From IMG/VR virus record IMGVR_UViG_3300038674_000015, positions 1 to 31,321 of that record: a stretch of DNA of 31,321 nucleotides; one strand, 5' to 3'. The DNA comes from a virus (taxonomy: Duplodnaviria; Caudoviricetes). Under the pieces are notes generated by a model. The model did not search any database. It had not been told where the DNA came from and saw only the letters and a program-made list of their open reading frames with translations. The position numbers and the translations under genes were made by a program. Below, piece by piece: positions 1 through 8,160 of the stretch. Numbering within the stretch: position 1 is the stretch's first letter; each line of letters opens with the position of its first letter.

Positions 1-25
1 ATAGGGTACGCCCAAGGTACCCTAA

Positions 26-44
26 AAGTATCCCAAAGGGGAAA
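26..44 (+). promoter_or_regulatory. Putative phage RNAP promoter, copy 1 (AAGTATCCCAAAGGGGAAA)
   Basis: Identical 19-mer at 3518-3536 and near-identical copies at 182-201 and 14360-14378, all intergenic; ends in a G-run like T7-family +1 regions. Confidence 0.65.
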
Positions 45-77
45 CCAGAAGTGAACAAAATGATAGTACATAGGGGA

Positions 78-147
78 TACTTAGAGTGTACCTATAGGTG
101 TACTTAGAGTGTACCTATAGGTGTACTTAGAATATACCTAGAGTATA
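78..147. repeat. 23-bp tandem repeat TACTTAGAGTGTACCTATAGGTG (2 exact copies plus 1 degenerate), followed by an AT-only tract
   Basis: Copies at 78-100 and 101-123, degenerate copy from 124; each full unit contains the palindrome ACCTATAGGT; 144-177 is A/T only. Confidence 0.85.
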
Positions 148-181
148 TTTATATAATAATAATATTAATAATATATACCTA

Positions 182-201
182 AAGTATCCCATAGGGGGGA
201 A
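182..201 (+). promoter_or_regulatory. Putative phage RNAP promoter, copy 2 (AAGTATCCCATAGGGGGGAA)
   Basis: Motif variant directly after the AT tract and about 55 nt upstream of the RNAP start codon. Confidence 0.6.
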
Positions 202-254
202 CCCCAAGGTGTACATAATGAGAACCTTATAGCCAGCATAAAGGAGCTGCTTAC

Positions 255-2993
255 ATGGATTCTAAAGAATACCTCACTAAGACCGCTGATCCTGCTCTCA
301 AGTTTGCCGTTAATAAGTATGGCATTGATCTTGTGTCTAAACAGATTGACCTTGAAATTGAGGGTCAAGAGATGGGTAAACAGAGGTTCCTTAAGAGGAT
401 TAATGAGAGACACACAGGGAACGATAACACAGGGGCACTCTTAGGTACTGCTAAGACAGTCCTCACTGAAGCCTTACCAAGGATGTCTATTGCTGTGTCT
501 AAGTTCTTGGATGAGGTCTATGATGGTACTATTGGCCGCAAACATGCTGCCGGGAAGTATCTCAAAGAAATGGACATTGAGACAGTTACGTATATTACTA
601 TTCATACCGTACTTAATGCTGTCTTAAAGAAGACCATAACCAAGTACTCTGGGTACCCATTCGCAAGGTTGTCTATGGAACTGGGCCGTGCCCTTGAGGA
701 GGAAATTAGGTTCAATAAGTTGTTTAAGGCTGTTGACAAGAAGACCTCTAGGAAGATGAGAGAGGAGGTTGATAAGCGTGTTGGTCACTCTTACAAGCGG
801 GCTTACATGCTTGCTAATGAGAGAAGGCTTATTGATGAGAATATTCTTCACTATGATGAGCTTTCAGAAAATTCATGGACACCTGAGAAGGCTACACTTG
901 TGGGCTCTAAGTTGATTGAACTGTTGATTGAATCGACTGGTATGGTACGTGTTGTGATGCAGAATGTATCCCATGAGGATAAATGCGGTCACAGGAAAAC
1001 TCTTTATGTTGTGTCTATTGATCCAGACCTCATGAAGTACATTGAACAAAACGATCAATTCCTTGCTGAACTAGATAGATATTGTATGCCTACCATTATC
1101 CCTCCTAAGCCATGGGAGAGTGTTATCAGTGGTGGATACTACATGGAAGCTAAAAGACCTCTTAAGTTTATCCGTATACCCACAAAGAAGCTCTTGGAAT
1201 CTTACTCAGACATTGACCTTGAAAACGTCATGAACGCAGTAAACAAAATCCAAGAGACACCTTGGAGGATTAACAAAGAAGTCATGAATGTCCTGCTTGA
1301 TGTCTTGTATAGAAACAATGTCGAAATTGAGGATGTACCATCTAAGTTTGAAGCACCTAAGCCTGTCATGCCATGTACCCCTGAGGAAGACCCTGAGAAA
1401 CACAAGCAATGGCGCAAGCAAATGCACAGATGGTACCAAGAGAATAACCGCCGGATAGGTAAACGACTGCGTATCGAAATGACAATGGCACAGGCAGTTA
1501 AGTTTGCTGAATACCCTGAGATTTACTTTCCTCATAACCTTGACTTTCGGGGGAGGGTGTACCCTGTGACCCATTTGTCCCCTCAAGGTGATGACCTTAT
1601 GAAGGGACTCCTTGAGTTTGCAAATGGTGTACCTATTGGGAAAGATGGTGGTAAGTGGTTGGCTATTCACCTTGCGAATACGTATGGTAAGGACAAGTTG
1701 ACCTTTAATGAACGCCTTAAGTGGGTTAATGAGAATGAAGAGTTGTTCCGTAGGATTGCAGCAAACCCTTGTGACACTGTTGATGAATGGGGCACTGTTG
1801 ATAGCCCTGTATGCTTCTTGGCAGCTTGCCTTGAATGGGTTAAGTATCTTGATGAAGGTGAGGAGTATCTTGGTCATATCCCTGTTGCTTTTGATGGTAG
1901 CTGCTCTGGTATCCAACATTTCTCGGCTATGTTGAGGGATGAAATAGGTGGATCGGCTGTTAACCTTGTTCCTAGTGATAAAGTAGAAGACATCTATCGG
2001 CGTGTCTCTGATGTAGTACAGAAAATGGTTGATTATGACCTCACACATGGTACAGAGAATGAGGTAGTCACTAAGGTTGATGATGGGACAGGTAAGGATA
2101 TGTCTTATACCAAGTTAGGTACTAAGTTTTTGGCTAAAGAGTGGAATGATTATGGTATCACAAGAAAGGTAACTAAAAGGTGTGTAATGACACTCCCCTA
2201 TGGTTCCCGTGAGTATGGTTTTGCTAATCATATCCTTGATGACACTGTACAACCAGCCAAGCTTAAAGACCCTAACTGTTTTATGTCTCCGACACAGGCA
2301 AGCCGTTATATGGCATCACTGATTTGGGATGCTGTGTCACAGGTAGTTGTAAAGTCGGTAGAGGCTATGTCTTGGTTACAGAAGGCTGCTTCTCTACTGT
2401 CGAACCAGACGGATGCTAAAGGTGAACCATTGCCTGTCTTTTGGGTAACCCCTGTTGGATTCCCTGTATGGCAAAACTATCGGAAGACTGAGCTTAAGAA
2501 AGTGCATCCTGTATTCCGTGCTGGTACATATGTTCAGTCATTTGTTACTGGTGATTATATGGACAGTGATGGTGAGCTCATCAAACAAGGTGGTGATGGG
2601 GAAGCAAAGAGGTTCCAGATTAGGGTACCCGTGAAAGAAGGTGAGATTGACAAGACCAAGCAGCGTAACGGAATTGCCCCTAATTATGTACATAGTATGG
2701 ACGCCTCACATCTTCTCTTAACTGTTCTTCATTGTAATGAGAAGTATGAAATCACTTCCTTTGCTATGATTCATGATTCCTATGGTACCCATGCAGGTAA
2801 CGCTCAGTGCTTGTTTGAAGGGGTACGTGAGGTATTCGTTAAGACCTACTCAGAGAATAATGTTATGCAAGACCTTCATGACCAGATATCTTTGCAGCTT
2901 GACACGAGTAACCTTAAAGACCTTCCTCCAATTCCAGAGATGGGCAACCTTGATTTGTCTAAGGTAAAAGAAAGCCTGTACGCTTTCGCTTAA
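255..2993 (+). CDS. gp1: T7-like single-subunit DNA-directed RNA polymerase
   Basis: 912 aa with PHNLDFRGRVYP, motif A (FDGSCSGIQH), motif B (RKVTKRCVMTLPYG), motif C (HDSYGTH) and IAPNYVHSMD; RBS AAGGAG at 241-246. Confidence 0.98.
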   Translation: MDSKEYLTKTADPALKFAVNKYGIDLVSKQIDLEIEGQEMGKQRFLKRINERHTGNDNTGALLGTAKTVLTEALPRMSIAVSKFLDEVYDGTIGRKHAAGKYLKEMDIETVTYITIHTVLNAVLKKTITKYSGYPFARLSMELGRALEEEIRFNKLFKAVDKKTSRKMREEVDKRVGHSYKRAYMLANERRLIDENILHYDELSENSWTPEKATLVGSKLIELLIESTGMVRVVMQNVSHEDKCGHRKTLYVVSIDPDLMKYIEQNDQFLAELDRYCMPTIIPPKPWESVISGGYYMEAKRPLKFIRIPTKKLLESYSDIDLENVMNAVNKIQETPWRINKEVMNVLLDVLYRNNVEIEDVPSKFEAPKPVMPCTPEEDPEKHKQWRKQMHRWYQENNRRIGKRLRIEMTMAQAVKFAEYPEIYFPHNLDFRGRVYPVTHLSPQGDDLMKGLLEFANGVPIGKDGGKWLAIHLANTYGKDKLTFNERLKWVNENEELFRRIAANPCDTVDEWGTVDSPVCFLAACLEWVKYLDEGEEYLGHIPVAFDGSCSGIQHFSAMLRDEIGGSAVNLVPSDKVEDIYRRVSDVVQKMVDYDLTHGTENEVVTKVDDGTGKDMSYTKLGTKFLAKEWNDYGITRKVTKRCVMTLPYGSREYGFANHILDDTVQPAKLKDPNCFMSPTQASRYMASLIWDAVSQVVVKSVEAMSWLQKAASLLSNQTDAKGEPLPVFWVTPVGFPVWQNYRKTELKKVHPVFRAGTYVQSFVTGDYMDSDGELIKQGGDGEAKRFQIRVPVKEGEIDKTKQRNGIAPNYVHSMDASHLLLTVLHCNEKYEITSFAMIHDSYGTHAGNAQCLFEGVREVFVKTYSENNVMQDLHDQISLQLDTSNLKDLPPIPEMGNLDLSKVKESLYAFA

Positions 2994-2996
2994 TAT

Positions 2997-3014
2997 AATC
3001 ATACCAAAGGGGAA
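2997..3014 (+). promoter_or_regulatory. Degenerate copy of the promoter motif (AATCATACCAAAGGGGAA)
   Basis: Keeps CCAAAGGGGAA with 3 mismatches in the upstream 9 nt; lies right after the RNAP stop, where T7 has its first class II promoters. Confidence 0.4.
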
Positions 3015-3040
3015 GGCAGTCTAACATTGTCTTCCCTTTT
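3006..3040 (+). terminator. Intrinsic terminator-like hairpin after the RNAP gene
   Basis: AAAGGGGAAGGCAG pairs with TTGTCTTCCCTTTT (some G-U pairs), 7-nt loop, ends in a T-run. Confidence 0.65.
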
Positions 3041-3064
3041 ACCAACTCAAGAGGTGTACATATC

Positions 3065-3502
3065 ATGAAAGATTGTCGTAATTGTGAGTATTGGCCAGTT
3101 CGGGCGTATGAAGAACCATGTTCTAGCTGTGTTGATCGTGGTGAGGAAGGAGGCTCATGTTTTAAACCTAAAAAAGAAAGAGTAATCTATTTGGTTGACC
3201 CTGTGTCTACTGTACATGCTAACCCTGACTTTGGTGTAGGAAACACTCATGTTGTGGATGATGGTACAGCCGCCGCTAGTCCTCATTACAATTCACTTGG
3301 TGTGCAACCTATTGAAGTTATGGAAGACACACTCACACATGAAGAGTTTAAAGGATACCTAAAAGGTAACATGATTAAGTACGCTATGCGGGCTGGTAAG
3401 AAGGATCGCATGGAAAAGGATGTTAATAAGTACAGACAGTATCGTGACTGGTACGATATGTGTTGCGGTGGATTAAGAGTCTCTGCGACACTTAAGAAGT
3501 AA
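3065..3502 (+). CDS. gp1.7-like nucleotide kinase (DUF3310-type) with Cys-rich N-terminus
   Basis: PHY...QPIEVM...EEFKGYLKGNMIKYAMRAGKKD...D..K pattern of the gp1.7/DUF3310 family; N-terminal CxxC pairs; RBS GAGGT. Confidence 0.75.
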   Translation: MKDCRNCEYWPVRAYEEPCSSCVDRGEEGGSCFKPKKERVIYLVDPVSTVHANPDFGVGNTHVVDDGTAAASPHYNSLGVQPIEVMEDTLTHEEFKGYLKGNMIKYAMRAGKKDRMEKDVNKYRQYRDWYDMCCGGLRVSATLKK

Positions 3503-3517
3503 CCAGAAAATCGGTAT

Positions 3518-3536
3518 AAGTATCCCAAAGGGGAAA
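3518..3536 (+). promoter_or_regulatory. Putative phage RNAP promoter upstream of the SSB gene
   Basis: Exact AAGTATCCCAAAGGGGAAA, intergenic, at a position equivalent to T7 phi2.5. Confidence 0.7.
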
Positions 3537-3599
3537 GAATCAAAACAGGGACCATGGATGTAAAAGTGGTCCCATTAACTTTAAAGTTGCGAGGAAATC

Positions 3600-4244
3600 A
3601 TGGCTGAACAGACTAAGAAACGTACCCGTTATACTACCCCTGTAGGTGTGGCTAAGTGGCCCCATATCACTAAGCCGGACTACAAGTTCAAGGATGCGGG
3701 AGAATACCACACCAAGCTCCGTATTGGTAAGGAAGACTTTGAGGAGAACCTTAAGGGCACTATTGATGAAATCTATGAGGATGCTATCAAACGTGCTAAG
3801 GCTGATAATGCCAAGAATAAGAAGAAGCCTCCTAAGGTTCTTGATACTCCTTATTACCTTGACGAAGAAGCCAATGAATACGAAGTCTCCTTTAAGTCTA
3901 AGTATTCTTGGGTAGATAAAGTTACCAAGGAAGTAAAGACACGGGACATCCCGATCTTTAACTCTGCTGGTGCTATCATTAAGAACCGTGATTTGAAGGT
4001 TGGTAATGGTACCACTATGCGAGTATCGTTTGTAATAGACCCCTTCCATACTGCGTTGGGAGTCGGTGTGTCTTTGAAGCTTGAAGCAGTAAAGATTCTC
4101 AACCTTGTGGAATATGGGGCTAACGCAGACTCTTATGGATTTGGTGAGGATGAATCTGATTCATACCCCACTGAAGACTTTGATGAGTCTCAGGGTTCCA
4201 ATGAATATAACGAAGAAGAAGACGACGACGGCGCACCTTTCTAG
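3600..4244 (+). CDS. gp2.5: Single-stranded DNA-binding protein (gp2.5-like)
   Basis: TTPVGVAKWPHITKPDY, GVSLKLEAVKILNLVEYG, and an acidic tail ending in Phe (EEEDDDGAPF). Confidence 0.93.
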   Translation: MAEQTKKRTRYTTPVGVAKWPHITKPDYKFKDAGEYHTKLRIGKEDFEENLKGTIDEIYEDAIKRAKADNAKNKKKPPKVLDTPYYLDEEANEYEVSFKSKYSWVDKVTKEVKTRDIPIFNSAGAIIKNRDLKVGNGTTMRVSFVIDPFHTALGVGVSLKLEAVKILNLVEYGANADSYGFGEDESDSYPTEDFDESQGSNEYNEEEDDDGAPF

Positions 4245-4653
4245 GTTTAGGTCAGGATTGGAGAATGCCCTTGCTACTCAGTTGAAGAGTAAGGGCATCC
4301 CATTCTGTTATGAAGAGTATAAGATTGACTATGTTATTCCTGCCAGTAATCATAAATACACTCCTGACTTTGTATTACCTAATGGAATTATTATTGAGTC
4401 TAAAGGTATCTTTGATGCTGAGGACAGGAAGAAACACTTGTTCATAAAAGAACAGTATCCTGTACTAGACATTCGGTTTGTGTTTACTAGGTCTAAATCC
4501 CCCTTGTATAAAGGAGCTAAGACTACATATGCTGATTGGTGTTTAAAATACGGGTTCCATTTTGCAGATAAGCTCATCCCAGACGCTTGGTTAAAGGAAC
4601 CCATGAACAAGGTTCCGCCCACCACAATTCTGTATAAATGGAGAAAGAAGTAA
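4201..4653 (+). CDS. gp3: Endonuclease I / Holliday junction resolvase (gp3-like)
   Basis: FRSGLE, YVIPASNHKYTPDFVLPNGIIIESKG, DRKKHL, LDIRFVF; ATG 4201 chosen over 4105 because it gives a T7-like N-terminal length. Confidence 0.95.
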   Translation: MNITKKKTTTAHLSRFRSGLENALATQLKSKGIPFCYEEYKIDYVIPASNHKYTPDFVLPNGIIIESKGIFDAEDRKKHLFIKEQYPVLDIRFVFTRSKSPLYKGAKTTYADWCLKYGFHFADKLIPDAWLKEPMNKVPPTTILYKWRKK

Positions 4654-4654
4654 T

Positions 4655-5248
4655 ATGGCAATTAAGTTTAAGAAGAGGACTAAGACAGACGCAATAGTTA
4701 TTCATTGCTCTGCCTCTCAGAATAAACCAACGATTGATAGGGCTACTATTGCACAGTGGCATAGAGCACGTGGGTTTATGGATATTGGTTACCACTTTGT
4801 AATCAAAACTGAGGGTGATGTTGAAGTAGGACGAGATGTGGAGGTCATTGGTGCCCATGTACAAGGATATAATAGTTACACTATTGGTATTTGTATGGTT
4901 GGCGGGCTTGATGATACAGGTCGCCCGACAAATAACTTCACACCGGAACAGATGAACTCCCTTAGGAAACTTGTGACCGAGCTTAAGCTACAGTACCCTG
5001 AGGCTGAGGTTAAGGGACATAGAGACTTTCCTAATGTTCACAAAGAGTGCCCTTGCTTTGATGTCAAGAAGTGGTACCTGTCTAGTGACACACCGAGAAT
5101 CACGAGTATAGTAGTCCGTAAGGGAGATACCCTTTGGTCACTTGCTGAGAAGCATGGCGTTACCGTTGAGGCTATCACTAAGGCTAACAAACTGGTGTCT
5201 GATAATATTAAGATAGGAGAGCTTCTTAAGATTCCTCCACGTGAATAA
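4655..5248 (+). CDS. gp3.5: N-acetylmuramoyl-L-alanine amidase (gp3.5-like) with C-terminal LysM domain
   Basis: IHCSA, GFMDIGYHFVI, GAHVQGYN, GHRDF..HKECPCFDV; then a LysM-pattern tail VRKGDTLWSLAEKHGVTVEAITKANKL..DNIKIGELLKIP. Confidence 0.93.
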   Translation: MAIKFKKRTKTDAIVIHCSASQNKPTIDRATIAQWHRARGFMDIGYHFVIKTEGDVEVGRDVEVIGAHVQGYNSYTIGICMVGGLDDTGRPTNNFTPEQMNSLRKLVTELKLQYPEAEVKGHRDFPNVHKECPCFDVKKWYLSSDTPRITSIVVRKGDTLWSLAEKHGVTVEAITKANKLVSDNIKIGELLKIPPRE

Positions 5249-5259
5249 GGCGTAGTTAT

Positions 5260-6885
5260 ATGAAGCATGAAGTTGAGAGTAACTTTCTGTATCACTTACC
5301 GTGCCCCAAGTGTGGATCATCAGATGCTAATTCAATGTATGATGATGGGCACCAATACTGCCATGTGTGTAATCACTACATTGCGCCGGATGGCCGTACA
5401 AAAGGAGGCACATCAAAGAGAATGACTACTGTAAACAAAGAGTGTATTGATCCGAATACACAGGAAGATTGGGTACTCTCAGACCTTCCTGCTCGACTTC
5501 TAACCGCTGATACGTGTAGGAAGTATTCATATTATTCAGCAAGGATAGGAGGCAAGCGATGTCAGGTAGCTTGTTACTATTCCCTATCGGGCGAACTTGT
5601 AGGTCAGAAGGTTCGTTATCCTGATAAAACATTTAGGGTTCGTGGTGATATATCTAAACATCTTTATGGTGCCCATTTGTGGTCCAGAGGAAAGAAGATA
5701 GTTATCACAGAGGGTGAAGTTGACGCCCTCACTGTAGCCCAATTACAAAACCTTAAATGGCCTGTTGTGTCTATCCCCAATGGTGCCCAAGGTGCTAAGA
5801 AGACACTTGCAGCTAACCTTGATTACTTGTCAAACTTTGATGAAATAATTCTCATGTTTGATATGGATGAGCCGGGTAGAGATGCAGCTAAAGCATGTGC
5901 TGAACTGCTGCCTAGTGGACGTACTTACATTGCTAACCTACCACTCAAAGACCCTAATAAATGTCTCACTGAGGGGAAGGGTGAGGAAGTCATTAAGGCA
6001 ATCTGGTCGGCTCAGATGTACAGACCGGATGATATTGTGTATGTCAAAGATGTTAAGGAAGACCTAACCAAACCACTTGAATGTGGACTCCCGTGGTTCT
6101 TGTCAACACTAACTGAAGCAACTTTCGGACGGCGCTTTGGTGAAGTGTATGGGCTTGGTGCCGGTACTGGTATAGGTAAGACAGACTTCCTTACTCAACA
6201 AATAGCGTATGATATTACTGTGCTTAATCAAAAGGTTGGTACAATATTCCTAGAACAAAAACCCACTGAGACAGTGAGGCGCATAGCCGGTAAGATTAAA
6301 GAGCGAAGATTCCATATCCCAGATGGGTCATGGACACAGGAAGAACTAGATGAAGCAGTTGATGTACTCGACGATAAGCTAATACTCTATGATTCCTTTG
6401 GACAGACTGAGTGGAAAGTGGTGGAGAATAAGATTCGCTTCATGGTTGAGAGTGAGGGTATACGTGTTATCTATCTTGACCACTTAACAGCTATGGCAGA
6501 AGCAGGTAATGAAAAAGATTCCCTAGAGCAGATCATGAAGGAACTGGCAATGCTGGCTAATAGTCTAAGTATTATCATTACCTTTGTGTCCCATTTAGCA
6601 ACGCCGGAAGGTACCCCTCATGAAGAGGGAGGGCGAGTGGCAATACGACACTTCAAAGGTAGTCGTGCGATAGGGTTCTGGTCACACTTCATGTTTGGTT
6701 TAGAGCGAAACCAACAAAGTGAAGATGAGTCTCAGCGGTCACTGACCACACTAAGGGTTCTTAAGGATAGACACACTGGCAATTCCACTGGTCTTACAAT
6801 AGACATGGGATATGATAGAACAACAGGACTCCTTTATGAGAAGTCCTTAAAAGAAGAGGAAGCTATTGCTTCTGACTTTATGTAG
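5260..6885 (+). CDS. gp4: DNA primase/helicase (gp4-like)
   Basis: Zn finger CPKCGSSDA...CHVC, Toprim ITEGEVDA and FDMDEPG, Walker A AGTGIGKT, Walker B IYLDHL. Confidence 0.97.
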   Translation: MKHEVESNFLYHLPCPKCGSSDANSMYDDGHQYCHVCNHYIAPDGRTKGGTSKRMTTVNKECIDPNTQEDWVLSDLPARLLTADTCRKYSYYSARIGGKRCQVACYYSLSGELVGQKVRYPDKTFRVRGDISKHLYGAHLWSRGKKIVITEGEVDALTVAQLQNLKWPVVSIPNGAQGAKKTLAANLDYLSNFDEIILMFDMDEPGRDAAKACAELLPSGRTYIANLPLKDPNKCLTEGKGEEVIKAIWSAQMYRPDDIVYVKDVKEDLTKPLECGLPWFLSTLTEATFGRRFGEVYGLGAGTGIGKTDFLTQQIAYDITVLNQKVGTIFLEQKPTETVRRIAGKIKERRFHIPDGSWTQEELDEAVDVLDDKLILYDSFGQTEWKVVENKIRFMVESEGIRVIYLDHLTAMAEAGNEKDSLEQIMKELAMLANSLSIIITFVSHLATPEGTPHEEGGRVAIRHFKGSRAIGFWSHFMFGLERNQQSEDESQRSLTTLRVLKDRHTGNSTGLTIDMGYDRTTGLLYEKSLKEEEAIASDFM

Positions 6886-6894
6886 GTATTATAC

Positions 6895-7395
6895 ATGGTA
6901 TCAATTATCCAAGTACAAGACACAAAGCTGGACTTTACTGAGCTTGATAAGTTTCATAAAGATTCTGGTCAGGACATGCCCCCTACTGGGGTGTACCCGT
7001 ACACAACAGCATATGGCTCTGAGATTCTCTATATGACTCTTGTTAAAGAAGAGTATAAAGAACTTGAAGAAGCCCTACACGTTCTCATTAGTGGTAACAC
7101 TGATGATGGCTCTTGTGATATTAAAGGGTTCGCTGGCATCGCCAAGGAAGCTTTGGATTGTATCGTTGTTTTGATTGGGCTCCTCAAGAGTCTTGGTATT
7201 CCTATTACTGAGTGTTGGGATGAGCTTATGCGTGAGCTTGCATCCAAGAGGTTGCCCAACGGTGACTTTCTTCGACGTGATGATGGTAAAATCCTTAAAC
7301 CAGATACGTTCAAGAAAGCTGACATTGTTCGTGTTCTCAATGAAGCCACTGACAAACGTGACGCTGCCATGAAGAACATTGACAAATTCTTTTAA
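6895..7395 (+). CDS. MazG-like / all-alpha NTP pyrophosphohydrolase
   Basis: LVKEEYKELEEA, KEALDCIVV and C-terminal RRDDGKILKPDTF, typical of phage MazG/PRA-PH-like proteins. Confidence 0.7.
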   Translation: MVSIIQVQDTKLDFTELDKFHKDSGQDMPPTGVYPYTTAYGSEILYMTLVKEEYKELEEALHVLISGNTDDGSCDIKGFAGIAKEALDCIVVLIGLLKSLGIPITECWDELMRELASKRLPNGDFLRRDDGKILKPDTFKKADIVRVLNEATDKRDAAMKNIDKFF

Positions 7396-7429
7396 CACAT
7401 AACATTACACTAATTTAGGAGTATATCAC

Positions 7430-7873
7430 ATGGAAAACGTCGAAAAGAAGAAGGTTACTAAGGAAGAACGTCTGGAACAGCTTAAGGCTCTCCTTGAGAA
7501 GGAAAATGAGCGTCACGCTGAGAAGGTTGCTTATTACACCGACTTGATCGCCAAGTGGGAAGCCAAGGGTGATAAGCTGTCTGGTGTTGACTTTCGTGAG
7601 GGTGACGTGGTTGCCTTTACCTATGGTCGTCCCGGTCATGTCCAGATTGAACGTGAAGGAACTGTGATTGGCTTCAAGGACACTGGTAAGGCTGGTGTCT
7701 TTGCTGTCATTGAGTGCGGCGAAGGGGCTGACAAGGATATTGTCCGGGTTCGTCCGTCCGCTGTTCTGTCTGTTGTGGTGGCCTCTGCCACAGTTGAAGA
7801 AGAAGTGGCAGATGAAGATGAAACGACTGAGGAGACCACTGAAGCTCCTATGTCTAATACCATCGTCCTGTAA
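7430..7873 (+). CDS. Hypothetical protein (coiled coil, small beta domain, acidic tail)
   Basis: RBS AGGAG, codon bias resembling the capsid gene, followed by a terminator. Confidence 0.8.
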   Translation: MENVEKKKVTKEERLEQLKALLEKENERHAEKVAYYTDLIAKWEAKGDKLSGVDFREGDVVAFTYGRPGHVQIEREGTVIGFKDTGKAGVFAVIECGEGADKDIVRVRPSAVLSVVVASATVEEEVADEDETTEETTEAPMSNTIVL

Positions 7874-7884
7874 TAGACCCACAC

Positions 7885-7917
7885 GGGGTGTTGCCTTAAC
7901 GGGTTGCACCCCTTTTT
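7885..7917 (+). terminator. Intrinsic terminator
   Basis: GGGGTGT / GCACCCC stem followed by TTTTT. Confidence 0.75.
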
Positions 7918-7940
7918 AATCAAATTAATAGGAGCGCATT

Positions 7941-8159
7941 ATGTTCACTACTAAGAAGAGTGGTATGGCCCGTGTTAAGGCTGTCACTGAGAAGTTTGAG
8001 GCTATGGTTAAAGAGATTGAATATGGATTGATTGAGATGTTTGAAGAAAGGAATCTGCTTAATACCCAGATTGAAGACCTTAAGAATCAGGTCACTGATA
8101 TTAATTGTGATATCACAGCAGCAACACGTAGTCTTGATAAGTTTAAGGAGCTTATTTGA
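7941..8159 (+). CDS. Hypothetical coiled-coil protein
   Basis: 72 aa, RBS AGGAG, heptad-like pattern. Confidence 0.7.
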   Translation: MFTTKKSGMARVKAVTEKFEAMVKEIEYGLIEMFEERNLLNTQIEDLKNQVTDINCDITAATRSLDKFKELI

Positions 8160-8160
8160 T

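Noticed and set aside
78-147. Tandem repeats as a CRISPR array
   Set aside because: Repeats are contiguous with no unique spacers, and no cas genes are present.
1206-2048. 280-aa minus-strand ORF
   Set aside because: Antisense shadow of the RNAP gene with no recognisable motifs; all credible genes are on the + strand.
4105-4200. Longer N-terminus for endonuclease I
   Set aside because: Overlaps deeply with the SSB gene; homology begins near ATG 4201.
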